This document shows, piece after piece, positions 25,561 through 38,870 of a stretch of DNA of 64,000 bases (the first letter of the stretch is position 1; the number at the start of each line of letters is the position of its first letter). This stretch comes from Octopus sinensis (Eukaryota). The DNA is taken from assembly GCF_006345805.1 (NCBI RefSeq), contig NC_042999.1:112096001-112160000 (forward strand), read 5' to 3'. A model generated the notes under the pieces. It was not told the origin of the DNA. It did not search any database and saw nothing but the letters and a program-made list of their open reading frames with translations. The translations under genes were made by a program, and so were the position numbers.

Positions 25561-25856
25561 AATTTTTCATTAGTTTTTAATCCCAACCTATCTCACATAG
25601 ACATGGTATTTCTTCAGATTGTAAGTGTCAGATATTCACAGTATAACCTCAGACTAGACATCTCATCAGCATATGTTGACCAACATCTTCATTGATTTCA
25701 CTTTCTTAATTTCATTTTTTTAAAGTTCAAATTATATACTGAATGCACTTTATTCTATTCATCAACTTCAATTACTGAAGATCCTCAACAATTACTACCT
25801 GTGTGTCCATGAAATGCAAAATCACACATTTGAAATACTTTCATTGACTGGATATC

Positions 25857-26226
25857 AGTGAAGGCACATGTCTTAGTGGTTAAGGTCATGAGTTCAATTT
25901 CTGGTGGTGTACTGTACCCTAGAGCAAAACCGCCTTGACTGGCGTCCGTGCCAGTGGCACATAAAAAGCACCAAACAATCGTAGCCATTGCCAGCCTCCT
26001 CTAGCCCCTGTGCTGGTGGCACGTAAAAAGCACCCACTACACATATGGAGTGGTTGGCGTTAGGAAGGGCATCCAGCTGTAGAAACACTGCCAGATCAGT
26101 CTGGAGCCTGGTGGAGCCTCCTGGCTTCCCAGACCCCAGTCAAACTGTCCAACCCATGCGAGCATGGAAAACAGACGTTGAACGATGATGATGATGATGG
26201 TGATGGTGAGGATGGTGATGATGATA

Positions 26227-26258
<32 letters not shown>

Positions 26259-26260
26259 CC
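25857..26260 (+). mobile_element. SINE family C with F-type head and (GAT)n tail
   Basis: gtgaaggcacatgtcttagtggttaagg head; tggttggcgttaggaagggcatccagctgtag; ccaacccatgcgagcatggaaaacagacgttgaacgatgatgat. Confidence 0.85.
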
Positions 26261-26274
26261 AATCCACTCAGCTA

Positions 26275-26435
26275 GCAAAAATGAATTGCACAAGCCAGCC
26301 TTGTCACATTCTGTATCATGCTGAATCTCCCTGAGGACCACACTAACAGTATGTGTGACTGTGGAGTGCTCAACCACTTGCACATTAATTTCACAAGCAG
26401 GCTGTTCTATTGATTGGATCAACTAGAACCCTTAT
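26275..26435 (+). mobile_element. SINE family F, 3' part
   Basis: ccagccttgtcacattctgtatcatgctgaatctccctgag...ttggatcaactagaacc. Confidence 0.8.
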
Positions 26436-26804
26436 CTACATAACTGATAGAGTACCCATCAATGAATATCTTTCATCCTTTTACCTCATCCCTAAAACTG
26501 TCCCCAACTCTATAATCAATTATAATTAACACAAATTAATAACATAACTTATCTCTTACTTATTTTGTACATTAACATGAGACAAATATTTTAACATTTT
26601 CATATAGCAGAAGCAAGTAATTTACAGACATATGCTATTAGAGTGAAAATTGTATTGCCAGTCAGACAAGCTGAGGTATGTATAACGATATATTTGTCCC
26701 CCAAACACTACCTAATAATTATAAAGGTCATTATCATATATTTATAGTTAATAAATTTTTATTATGGATAAAATTATTACTAATTTATATTCAGATGTCA
26801 TCAT

Positions 26805-27075
26805 CATCATCATCATCGTTTTTACATCCATTTTCTATGCTTGCATTTGTTGGATGGATAATTTCCAGCAGAGCATCTTGCCACTTGTTGCAGCCTTTTA
26901 TCACCTCATTTGTGAGGTTCGTATTCTTGAAATAAACCTTTTCCAGGTCTTCCTTATTCATCTTCTTCCACAGGCTTCTACCACTTGGCACTTGGAACCA
27001 CTCAACTCTCATCTTCCACATCATATGTTTATATCAATGTGCTCTTCTGTCTTCTATACTAAATCTGATTTCACT
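26805..27075 (-). mobile_element. RTE LINE 3' end
   Basis: Reverse ORF GRSLWKKMNKEDLEK...TNEVIKGCNKWQDALLE then ccaacaaatgcaagcatagaaaatggatgtaaaaacgatgatgat. Confidence 0.75.
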
Positions 27076-27129
27076 TTTAATCTATATTTTCTCTTGGTGC
27101 ATATGTTCTTTGTTATTCATACTTGATTG

Positions 27130-27870
27130 TTTGCTTGCTTTATGCTGTTGCTTGATGGGGCTGGGGTCATCCCAGGTTTGTGATCCCAGAAGTATCATTG
27201 TACATAGAGCTGGCCAGGTCCACCAGTGCTCCTCATCACTGGTGGTCATGTACTATCCCCTCTGCATTCTCCCAGATGACATTGAGGCTCTAAAGACCTT
27301 CCTGAATCATGTTCAGTGCAGGTCTACCATGGGATGCAAGCCTACCATCTAGTATTTCAGTGGAGGTCTACCATCTAGTGCAGGCCTACCATGGGGTCTC
27401 CTCCAGCCTGCAGATGCTGCATCAATTGAGAGTGCGGCCCTGATAGGATAATCTGGCAGGAGGCAGAGGACATGTCCATATTAGTGTATGTGACAGATAG
27501 CTTTGAAGTGGGAACCTGTGGGCTGATGTATGCACACCCAGTTCTTTGTTGAAAACATGCTGGTACCATCTGATGTTCTCAATGGTTCTCAGGGCTCTAC
27601 TATTGAAGCTGTTGATCCTATTTGCCTGGGTCTTCATGAGGGGCCACATTTCTGCTCCACAGAGGAGAATGAAGAGGACTGACACATTCTCCAGGAAATA
27701 AAGCTGTGACACCAAAGGAGCTTCCATAGGGAGTACATAACACCAGTAGCCAGAACACATCTGTGGTTGATCTCCAGACTGTATTGTTTTTCATGGAGCC
27801 TAACATAACACATCCAACAATGCATGTTTGTCTCATTTCTTGCTAACCTTCAAATATTCGCCACATTCAA
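27130..27870 (-). mobile_element. RTE LINE C-terminal relic
   Basis: ORF 27422-27760: LLCGAEMWPLMKTQANRINSFNSRALRTIENIRWYQHVFNKEL (RTE YGAETW motif region). Confidence 0.8.
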
Positions 27871-27899
27871 GCATCATACAACCAGTCCTTCAGTGGTAG

Positions 27900-28145
27900 A
27901 GAGGATCCCATTGTTACCAACAGAGATAGTAGCTCTCTAAACCTGTTCTTGCTCCACTAATTAGGTCACCTATATAACAGAACCTATCCACTATTTTTAG
28001 TAAGCATTCCAAACATTTAAAGGAACTCTTATAACTAATTTCTTTTATGCATCTGTTACACATAAAGTCCCTTCTCTCTGTCAGCTTACCTGTGATCCCA
28101 TTGCATCTCTTCTTAAGTATCAGGATAACTGTCCCAGGCAACAAA
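27900..28145 (-). mobile_element. RTE LINE relic (Cys-rich segment after RT)
   Basis: KKRCNGITGKLTERRDFMCNRC...IVDRFCYIGDLISG. Confidence 0.8.
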
Positions 28146-28679
28146 CTCTTTATAATTATTAACTATGCAATTATTAATGTTTTACAGTTATTAATTATGC
28201 AATATTAATATTAATTATTAATTATGCATTTATCTATGCTTGAAATTTATATATGCAATTATTAAGTATGCAATAATTAATTATAATTATAAATTATGTA
28301 ATTATTAACATTTGCAGTCGTTATGATAATGATGATGATGATTATGATGATGAGGATGATGATGATGACGACCACAATGACGACAACAACAAGATGATGA
28401 TGACAACGTTGACGATGATGATAATGACAATGATGGTGATGATGATGATTATGCACATATTAATGTTTGCAATTAATATTTGCCATTATTAATGATTGTA
28501 ATTATTGTGAGTATAATCATTAATTTGCAATTTTAGTAGTAAAATTACAATAATATAAGAATATAAGTCTTATAACCAGATATTACTTCTTGTTGCATAA
28601 CATATAATCATGAAAAAATAACCCTCATTAGTTTCATTAATATTTATTCGATTTTTGCTGTGACTGAATATAAGAGATT

Positions 28680-29130
28680 AGCCAAGTATTCTCTACACCT
28701 CTCAAAAATGCTCTTCTCCATAATGAGAACATCAGCCAAATTCATAATGGCAGGTGTGGAAGAGAGTTTGAATACAAGTAGCCAAAATGGGATTCCTCCA
28801 AAGGATCTCAAGAATAATGTTACTCAACAGGATGCATGGCTCAAAATGAAGGAGTTTCCCAACGTTGAGCCACTATCTCTTTGCATTGAGAGATCACAGT
28901 TCTGGTACAACAGACATGTGATCAGAATGTCACATAAAAGAATTACAAGAGAGATTCTTCAAGCCAAGCCAACCAGCAGGATACCTAAGGGCAGACCAAG
29001 AATGAAATTGTTGGATAATATCTAATGTCTCATTTGGTTGTGGTTGGGAATCCAGCCATTAAGTCTAATGAATGTTACTTCTGATAGGATCCTATGGAGG
29101 AGATGCCTGAAAACTCTAACCCCATGAATC
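28680..29130 (+). mobile_element. RTE LINE C-terminal relic
   Basis: VEPLSLCIERSQFWYNRHVIRMSHKRITREILQAKPTSRIPKGRPRMKLLDNI. Confidence 0.75.
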
Positions 29131-29624
29131 TCCAAGGAATAGTGGGCAGAGAAGACAATTAGATGGATGGATTATTTATTTGTACTACCATAGAGGTGTT
29201 TTTTTCTTAATTAGAGAAACTTCTTAATTAGAGACATTTCTTAATTAAAGAAATTATTCAGGGGGAAATTAATTAGGAATAGTTGTCCTATAGGTGTAAT
29301 AGTGTATGGAATAATTTCAGAAGCAATAACTCCAGGCAAGTTGTCACAGAACCCTCTTTGTTCTTTGAATCAGTAGAGAAGACAAAGCTCAGGACCTTTT
29401 ACAGAGATTCTGGTACTGATGGAAGGCCATATCAAACTGGAGACTTGGTCTGAATGTTTGCAACAGAATAGACTCTACAAAAGGCATCCAAAGTGCCAAG
29501 TGATGGTACTAAACTGGGCAACCAATTCAGTTAACCACCCAAGTAGACCCTAGTGGGATTAGAGAAAAGAATGCAAGAAGCTGGAACAATTACCACTCAG
29601 CATGTTGTCTGATGTTCGAAGAGT

Positions 29625-29785
29625 TCTTGTCAATTCACCATGTTGAATTGGGACTTTTTATCAATCCTAAAAGAATGAAATGAAATGTTGACCTCAGCAG
29701 GATTTAAATTCAGAACACAGGGAAATGGAACAAATACCTGAGACATTCTATCCAATGCTCTAATGATTCTGCCAGTTCTGTACAC
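29625..29785 (-). mobile_element. SINE family A, decayed
   Basis: ttttatcaatcctaaaagaatgaaa...gttgacctcagcaggatttaaattcagaac...atgattctgccagttc. Confidence 0.7.
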
Positions 29786-30109
29786 TATACATAATTCCTC
29801 TCTATTCATTTTCTGCCTACTAAAGCATGACAACAAAACTTTTTATCATAGATTTACTTTGAAGCCTCTTAAACAAATACCTTGCTTCCTCATGGGAATT
29901 TTTTTCTCTAATTCTTTGACAGATTTAATTAAGAGAACTAGATCAACATAGTAAAAGTGTTCCTATGGTGATGCCTCGACATGGCCACAGATTACTGTTT
30001 GAAACAGGTAAAAGGATATGAACAGCTGGTCTAAAACTGTTATAACCTGGATAAATATGATAGACATTAGGAGCAACAAGAATTAAAACCTGATGGAATT
30101 AAAACCAAC

Positions 30110-30560
30110 TTGCATGTTAAGTGTCTTATTGAACTCATTGCTAGTACTCACCTTGCTCACAGCATTTTTGTATTTGTTGTACAAGTCATGCAAGCCATTG
30201 ATGTACACATAGCATTTTTATCATACACCAGACCATTGGACATGGCACTTTGTCAAAGTCCTTTTCCAGGGTAATGAATGTTAGGTGTGGTGGTTTGTGT
30301 TTAGCCCAGAACTTTTTCTGAAGTTGTCTCATTAAGAAAATACTTTGCTCTTTTCATATCTTGCACTTTGTTCTGTTATGCATTCTAACATCTCATCTTT
30401 TATTTAAGTTGACTCTCTATCTAATCATGTGCACTGCAACTCTTTCTACCTCTCTCATAACTTCATCAATTTGATGCCTCTGTTGTTACTTCTTTTGTAG
30501 ATCATCTTCTTTACCTCTGTAGCACTAGATGATGATATTGCTATGCTAGTCATTAGGCAT
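30110..30560 (-). mobile_element. RTE LINE reverse-transcriptase relic
   Basis: Reverse reads RQLQKKFWAKHKP...LEKDFDKVP and a decayed NNRGIKLMK segment; frameshifted. Confidence 0.8.
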
Positions 30561-30744
30561 GGCACCTCCCTGTACAGTCTGATTATTTACATGTGTCAAA
30601 ATTAATTCAAGATCCTAATATTTAGGAGAACTAAAATTTCAAATATGAAGGAAACGTGTATGAAAAAACATTAAACATAAATTTCAATTTGAAATTTAAA
30701 CACCTCAAATGTGCGCTAATGAGGGATAGACATCGTCACAATGA

Positions 30745-30865
30745 TATTACATACATACATGCACACATACATACATGCACACATACATGCACACATACAT
30801 ACATACATACATACATACATACATACATACATACATACATACACACACATATGTGTGTGTGTGTA
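30745..30865. repeat. (TACA)n microsatellite
   Basis: Direct reading. Confidence 0.95.
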
Positions 30866-31384
30866 TTTATAGGGGAGGAAAAGAAAATCCATATTTGAAC
30901 ATTAAGAACTTTAATAAACTTTATATATTAACACTATTGCAAACAAAGATGAAAAGATTATTATATTCATTAGAGGAGAACCATATCTCAGAAAGAAATC
31001 AAAGAATAAAGAGAGAAGAGATAAGAATACAGATTAGAGAAAGAAAGAGCTTTAATTGAGGACCCCAATTTTGAGTTTCTCTTTAGAACGTTTAAAATTT
31101 ATGATATATTTGTTTAATATATTTCAATCTTTGTTGTTCTAATTCATTTATTCTTAGAAAAAAGATGTAATAATCTGAAGTGAAATCAACTGCCAATGTA
31201 CATGGCAAAATTCTTGCTAGTTCTACAGCTGTGTAATTGATGAAGGAATCCCAATAAGCAAAGAAAAGAATCAGTAATGAAATACAAACTTTTTGACTGA
31301 AAAGAGAACACTGCTCATTCTTTTACCGTGATGCCTTTACCATTTTATCATTTCAGCCTGAGATTTGCTATTGTTGTTGTGATG

Positions 31385-31560
31385 TTGGTTAGCCCCGAGT
31401 CAGAACAGATCAAACAGACCTATGATCAAAGGTACTCCAGCTGTGACCATCACATCTTCCCTGATGCTGTATACTCAAGATTACCACATTATTCAATGTA
31501 ACCTTTTCTGAGATGGTAGGGTGGAGTTTGAGAATAATCTGGCAACTATTTTTACACAGT
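31385..31560. repeat. Interspersed repeat family G
   Basis: ttagccccgagtcag...acctatgatcaaaggtactccagctgtgaccatc...gatggtagggtggagtttgag. Confidence 0.65.
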
Positions 31561-31989
31561 CATCTTTGTTGGCTTGGAAAATTAGTTATTTCTTACAATC
31601 AAACATCACACAAAGGAAATATTAGCAAAGAAATAAAGGACTTCTAGCATTACTGCTCTTTTAGACACAATATGTGTTCTAATATTAAATGACAGCTTAA
31701 CTTTCCAACTCATTTTGATGTTATATCTATTACAAAATGTTTAGTAGTTATATCCTTTAATCTTATGCATGCATGGAAAATAATAATTTAAATTTATTTA
31801 TTTATTAGTTTCATTTAAATATTTCTTGAAGTTTTTTGATGAATTTTATTAAATTCTTTTGTCAATTTCTACATGTAAACAAATTATTCAGAAATTCAAT
31901 TAAAATTTTGGAGGAAATATGATAGTAAAAAGTAAAAATTAAAAAAATTACCAAAAAGAAGCAATAATAAAAAATGATAACCATTATTT

Positions 31990-32093
31990 ATATCACAGCA
32001 TGCATATATATATATATATATACATGTGTGTGTGTATATGTATATATGTTTATATATGTGTATATATGTATGCATATGTATATATGTATGCAC

Positions 32094-32131
<38 letters not shown>

Positions 32132-32326
32132 ATATGTATGTATATATGTATATATATATGTATGTATGTATGTATATATTTATGTATGTATATATGTATA
32201 TATTTATGTATGTATATATGTATATATGTATGTATATATATATATATATATGTATATATATGTATACACACACATATACATATATATGCGTGTATGCATG
32301 TATGTATATATGTATATATATGTGTG

Positions 32327-32396
<70 letters not shown>

Positions 32397-32486
32397 GTGT
32401 GTATATATGTATACACACACATATACATATATATGCGTGTATGCATGTATGTATATATGTATATATATATGTGTGTGTATATATAC

Positions 32487-32559
<73 letters not shown>

Positions 32560-32600
32560 TATTTATATATGTGTGTATACACACACATACACACACACAC
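31990..32600. repeat. Large compound TA/TG/CA microsatellite with internal 147-bp duplication
   Basis: Unique motif gcgtgtatgcatg at 32288 and 32435. Confidence 0.95.
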
Positions 32601-32756
32601 ATATATATAGACATATATGTTTGTAAAATGTCATTAAAATGTCTAGATAAACATAGTATCAACCTTTAAGATATCTGGTTTTTAAAGTAACTGGCATATG
32701 AGATGTAAGCAAAGTAGAGAATTTTCATTCTTATCACATTATTCATATGTTTGTGT

Positions 32757-32800
<44 letters not shown>

Positions 32801-34159
32801 CTTGCATGTGTGTGTGTATGTAACCATGTAGAGAAGTAAGAGTTGGAAAGTTTTCTCCAATAGTAACTTGCATAATTACAAAACACAAGTGAAGGTAAAA
32901 GACTGAAGTATGTCAAAGGTAGGAATTTAGATAATGCAGGGGGATACGGTAATGTACTACATGACTTATCAATGAATTAATACTAGCCTCTTAGTTGGTG
33001 AAAGAAAACAGAAACTCAGTAGCAGTTGATAGTGACTGCTCAAAGTCTAAATAAGATAATTTCAAGATATCAAAATTTCATGAAAAAGTTCTTAATTTTC
33101 ATGCTTATGTTAAAAAGGTCTGGTTTTTAGCAAAAGAAAGATGACAGTTATGAGCAAGCTTTGATATTTGTAAATCTCATTAGAGAAACATAACCAACAG
33201 AAGCCTATCTTGAGTTTTTAACTTTAAGTTACATTTTTAATTATCCAAATTATTAAGAGATAAAATTGTTTGTAATTGTTGTTATATAAATATTTGTCCA
33301 CTGTTAAAGCTGGCTTTCTGATAACTACTCTTTACTGATGAGATTGAATAAAGCCAAAACATGTTCCTTCAATGTGATCTTGGTAGCTCACAAATATCAG
33401 TTTTTTTTTTTATCCTAAAAATAAAAATGAAAACTCTTCTGAGAAATTAATCCTTAATTTCTTAAAATTATCTCCTTTTCCTTTGAGCATTGCTAAGACT
33501 TGCTACTAAATCTCTGTTTCTTTCTACAACTAAGAAGCAAAATTTGAAAGATGAGAATGTTTTGTGTATGCCGTTCTGTATGTCACCACCTTTCTGTAGA
33601 TGTGTGTGTGTATTTGTATGTGTATTTGTGTGTGTACATGTGTTTGCATTCATGAGTATGTGTGTGTGTAAATACAAATGAATGCAATAAATGCACATCA
33701 CAGGAAATTCTGAGTCGTAGCTGAGTAAAACATATGCTGACACCCAATGACATAAACAGTATATCACAGAAATTGAGCACTCTTTGTTATCTGTAAACAA
33801 TACATGTGTGTGTGTGTCTGTGTCTAGATGTGTGTTTGTGTGTGTGTGTTTGTATGTATATATATATATGTATATATATATATCGATGTAAGTAGATGCA
33901 CAGATGTATTTTTGAATGAGTGTGTATGTATATGTGTGTTGTGTGCATGCACGTATGTAACATGTGTACTACAAGAAAGAAATTATGAATATTGCTACAA
34001 GCCTAAAGTGTAGAATTTCAGAGAGAGACAATAATGGAAAAAAAATTAAGAAATGGTAAGTAGCAAATGGAGAGAATGTAAAAATTAAAATAACTTTTAA
34101 AAAATAAAAATATATATTTGGGTGAGAAAGAAAAAATTGAAGAGAAATTTGAAGAAAAT

Positions 34160-34191
34160 GATAGACAGACAAGTAGGTTGATAGATAGATT

Positions 34192-34227
<36 letters not shown>

Positions 34228-34242
34228 GGCAGGCAGGCAGGC

Positions 34243-34329
<87 letters not shown>

Positions 34330-34418
34330 CAGTATAGATGGATGGACGGACAGATGGACGGATGGATGGATGGGTGGACAGACACACAGACAAGCACACA
34401 GACAGACAGACAGACAGT

Positions 34419-34449
<31 letters not shown>

Positions 34450-34480
34450 GTAGGTAGAGAGGGAGAGAGAGACAGACAGA
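34160..34480. repeat. Compound GACA/GGCA/GATA/GATG tetranucleotide array
   Basis: Direct reading. Confidence 0.95.
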
Positions 34481-35170
34481 AAGTTAGTTATAGAGAGAAA
34501 AGGATGAGGAAACTTAAAAAAGAGTGAGAGAGAAGATAGAGAAGAAGAAGGGAAAGAGAAAAAGAGCGACTAAAGACAATGTAGAAATTGGGGGTATGAC
34601 AATTATAGCTGTAAAAGAACAAAATTGAACAAACAATAAGCTAAAACTAAAATTGCCACACATAGCCACAAAATAAACGGCATGAAAGAGAGAAAGGTAA
34701 AAATCCCTACTAGACTTTCAAAGATTACAAATACATAAATAACAAACAAGTAAATAGATTGCATTCATATTTTTTCCTTTCAGTTTTTCATTTTATGGTC
34801 TTTTGTGATTCTTGTTGTTGTTATGAGTTGTTATATGCTTTTTTTTTTTGTTTTATTTTATTCTCCCCTCATTCCCAGCTCCACCAGAATCTGGTTAAAC
34901 AAGTGAATATGCCAAGACCCTAATCAAATCTACAATCCACTTCTATTTTATACCAAATTAAATACCCTGGCCTCAGTTTTGGTTACAGAACTTCTTTATA
35001 ATTTTCACTTTTTGTTATTCTTTTAACTGCTTTTCCCCTTTATTTTTATTGCTATATTATGTTTCATGTTAAGTCAGATTTTTTTCTTATATTTACTCAA
35101 CCTTTAGGCCTGTTAACTGAAGAGATGAGTTTATCCCTTCCATATCCCACTCTCATTCTCTTTCTCACCT

Positions 35171-35214
<44 letters not shown>

Positions 35215-35702
35215 TCTCTCTTTCTCTCTCCTTTCTCTCCCTAATTTTTGTTTATTTTTTATTATATTTTAACACACACATGCATATATATATATACATA
35301 CACATCGGCACAGATATATATAAATATACATATTAAATATATGGATAAATATTTGTATATGCATGTGTGTATACATATGTGTATGATGTAGATATACACA
35401 AATATATATGCACATAATTACATATAAACTTATGTATAAATATGTGTATAAATATCATTTATTATTATATGTGTATATATATGTGTGTGTGTGTGTGTGT
35501 ATGTGTGTGCATGCATGTGTGTGTATATATATCTGAATATATATTTATACATATATACATATATATATATATACATATATATACATATATATACATACAT
35601 ATATATATATATATATATAAAACTTAGATAAAACTTAGATATGTTTCGACCAGAGATTGGTCCAGGCCATGTCTAACTTAATAGCACCACCTGATATATA
35701 TA

Positions 35703-35749
<47 letters not shown>

Positions 35750-36489
35750 GTATGTATGTATGTAAATATATATATAAATACACATACATATATATACTTA
35801 TATGCATAAACGTACATAAATGTATATATGTATGTGGGTGTGTTTGTGTGTGAGGATGCATGTGAGTGTGTGTGTGTGTGTGGATGAGCGTGCATGTATA
35901 CATGCACTTACATCTTTGGTTTCTTCTTTCGCCTGTATGTCATGGAAATAAATCAAGAAAATAATAAAAAGAAAATGTTCAAAAATATAACAAGGAAAAA
36001 CAAAATCATAAAATATTTAAAAGCACACACATACACACATAACCACATACATATGTGCATATAACCACGCAAACACACACACACATACTAGTATTATTCA
36101 TGTGTGTATGTATATATATTTATATATATATGCTCACATACACATTCAATGTACACAAAGAAAGAGAAAAAAAATTAAATCGACGATAAAGAACTAATTA
36201 AATGGACAAATAACATCTACATAAAATGTATTCATTTTCTTTCTCTTCTCCATCATGACCATGTAATAAATGCATCAATGATAGCACTGATAGCTTCTTA
36301 AGTACAAGGTCACATAGCTTGTATGGAGAAGTTGGTCAGTGATGTTGATCTTATGACTTGATTGACACTTAAATTTTATCAACTATGGAAGGATGAAAGA
36401 CAGAGTTAACCTGAGCAGAATTTGAACTCAGAACATATACTATGAGTTTAGTTCTATGCCTGAATCAGTATCACTGATTACATAAATAT

Positions 36490-37160
36490 ATCTTGAACTA
36501 CTAGAGTAAATTTATTCAATAATATCGCCATTGGCTTCAACTATGGCTTCCAGACAACTTCAGAACCTTCTGCAACTCTCCTGGATGGTCTCCATGTTTA
36601 AGTTGGTGAATGCTGCCATAATCCTTGGCTTCAGTTCATCTTTGGTGTTTTGTTGGTCTCTCACTCAACTATGCCCCACACATAGTAATAAAGGGGATTG
36701 CAATCTAGGGAGTTAGGTGGCCAGATTTTAGGGGGTGATGTAGTTGGAGAAATTGTCTGGCAGCCACAACTAGGATTTTCTGCTTGTGTGGCATGGTACA
36801 GATTCCTGTTACCAGACATAGGGTCTTCCAGCAGCCACCCTTTTGACCCAGTGCAGCACTACCTTCTCCAAGCACTTGAAGTAGGCATCTATGCTGAGTC
36901 TAAGGCCATGTGGGAAGATGAATTGAGGCATAACATTGCCATTGCTAGCAATCACTCCAAACACCATGATGTTTGATTTTTATCACTCCTGGTACATATC
37001 CTCAGATTGACACCCAAGCTCACTAAAATGTTCGTATTGAAGCTTCCAGCACAAATACCAAGCAATACAGCATGTCGTTTCCAAATTTCTGGCAGAGTGA
37101 GTTGTGTACTGGTGCTGTTTTTCTCATAGATGGTGCCCAACTGACCCTACTATACTGTGT
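36490..37160 (-). mobile_element. Tc1/mariner-superfamily DD37D (maT-type) transposase relic, internally deleted
   Basis: MVFGVIASNGNVMPQFIFPHGLRL...GRPYVW*QESVPCHTS...WPPNSLDCNPLYYYVWG; 37 residues between the 2nd and 3rd catalytic positions (both mutated). Confidence 0.85.
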
Positions 37161-38063
37161 AGTCAACACAATAAAAAACAAACAACGTGCATGTGCAAGA
37201 TCAAAAATAAAAAGTGGTGACAATTTACTCATTGCATCCTGTACATACAAATGCATATTGCATACCATATATATTGATAATGTTATGTAATTTGTGTTGT
37301 TGATGTATGATGTATATTTCATTGTGCAATGTGTGTGATGGATATATAATTAATACTGTATAAAGTATGTCATTGTTGTATAATGTATGCTATTGTATAA
37401 TGTACGTTCATTTTGTAATGTGTGCTGAACATACATTGGGTGTATTATTGTTATATGATGTGTGTTAGAGATGTATAAGGTGTATTAGTGAGATATGTGT
37501 TATTTTGATAGAGACTATCTCTTACTGGTGTATAATGTGTGTTACTTCTCAATAATGTATGTTATTGTTACTGTTAATTTTATATATATTTATGTTGATT
37601 TATTTAGTTATTGTTTTTTTTTTGGGGGGGGGGGGGGTTACTGCCATAGCAGTCAATCAGTGTAATACTTCTAAACATTTTGAATGAGGTTAAGATAATT
37701 ATAAGAGATGAAATGACCTATGGGCAGTATTACAGGCCACTCAATGACTGTTTTACTTCAATTAGCAACAAGCTTGTTACGTTCCTTTGCATTAGCAAAA
37801 CTATTTGGGATGAGAGTAGTTTTTTTTTTTTGCTTGTGTCTTTTTTGGCTTTTGATTAGATGAGAGGTTTTGCTTTGTTTCCTTTTTTTCTTCTTAGCCC
37901 CAATTTGACCAAAAAATAAAATAAAATAAAATAAAATAAAATAAAATAAATCATCATTATTATTATTAGCATAATCATTTTCATCATTTACCATTATTAT
38001 TATTTAGATAGTAACAACAACAACAAAAATAATAATAGTAGTAATTATTACTATCATTATTGC

Positions 38064-38097
<34 letters not shown>

Positions 38098-38179
38098 TTC
38101 ATTATCATTATTACTTCGAATATTGCTAATTCTATACTTATGTTATTTCCTACTTTCAGTTTCTTTTTACTGTTATTTA

Positions 38180-38241
38180 ATTCTATCTATTTATCTATCT
38201 ATCGATCTATCGAGCTATCCATCCATCCATCTATCTCCCTT

Positions 38242-38283
<42 letters not shown>

Positions 38284-38377
38284 GAGCTATCCATCCATCT
38301 ATCTCCCTTTCTATCTATCTATCTATCTATCGAGCTATCCATCCATCTATCTCCCTTTCTATCTATCTATCTATCTA

Positions 38378-38430
<53 letters not shown>
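38180..38430. repeat. (TCTA)n array with three copies of a cgagctatccatccatctatctcccttt unit, then (TA)n
   Basis: Units at 38211, 38283, 38331. Confidence 0.95.
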
Positions 38431-38434
<4 letters not shown>

Positions 38435-38789
38435 CTTTGTTTTTCTCTGTATCACTGTCCCATTCTTATCTCTTTACCTTTCTTTTCCTCCTTCTCCTCC
38501 TCCCCTCCTCCCTCACTATCTCATAAAGATTTTTACTTTTTGCTCTATTTGTTACAACCAAATTTTGTTGTATTTCTTACTTTTGTTATTATTATCATCA
38601 TCATCATCATTGTCATTGCTTGTTTCTTCTCTACTTTTTCAAAATTCTTTAAATAATTTACTGCTAAAATCCAAATAAATTATCTGCTCTGGTAAAAATC
38701 ACCAAATTGTCAAAAAATTCAAAACCATAGAATTTTGCGATAAATTTTGAAGCTTGAAAATTCCAAACTATATTTATGTAGGAGTACAT

Positions 38790-38829
38790 ATATGTGTATA
38801 CATGTATTGTTATATACATTGACATGTCG

Positions 38830-38870
<41 letters not shown>

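Noticed and set aside
25618-25620. Possible 3-nt micro-exon ttcttcag-ATT-gtaagt
   Set aside because: Expected by chance at this sequence length and composition; no supporting context
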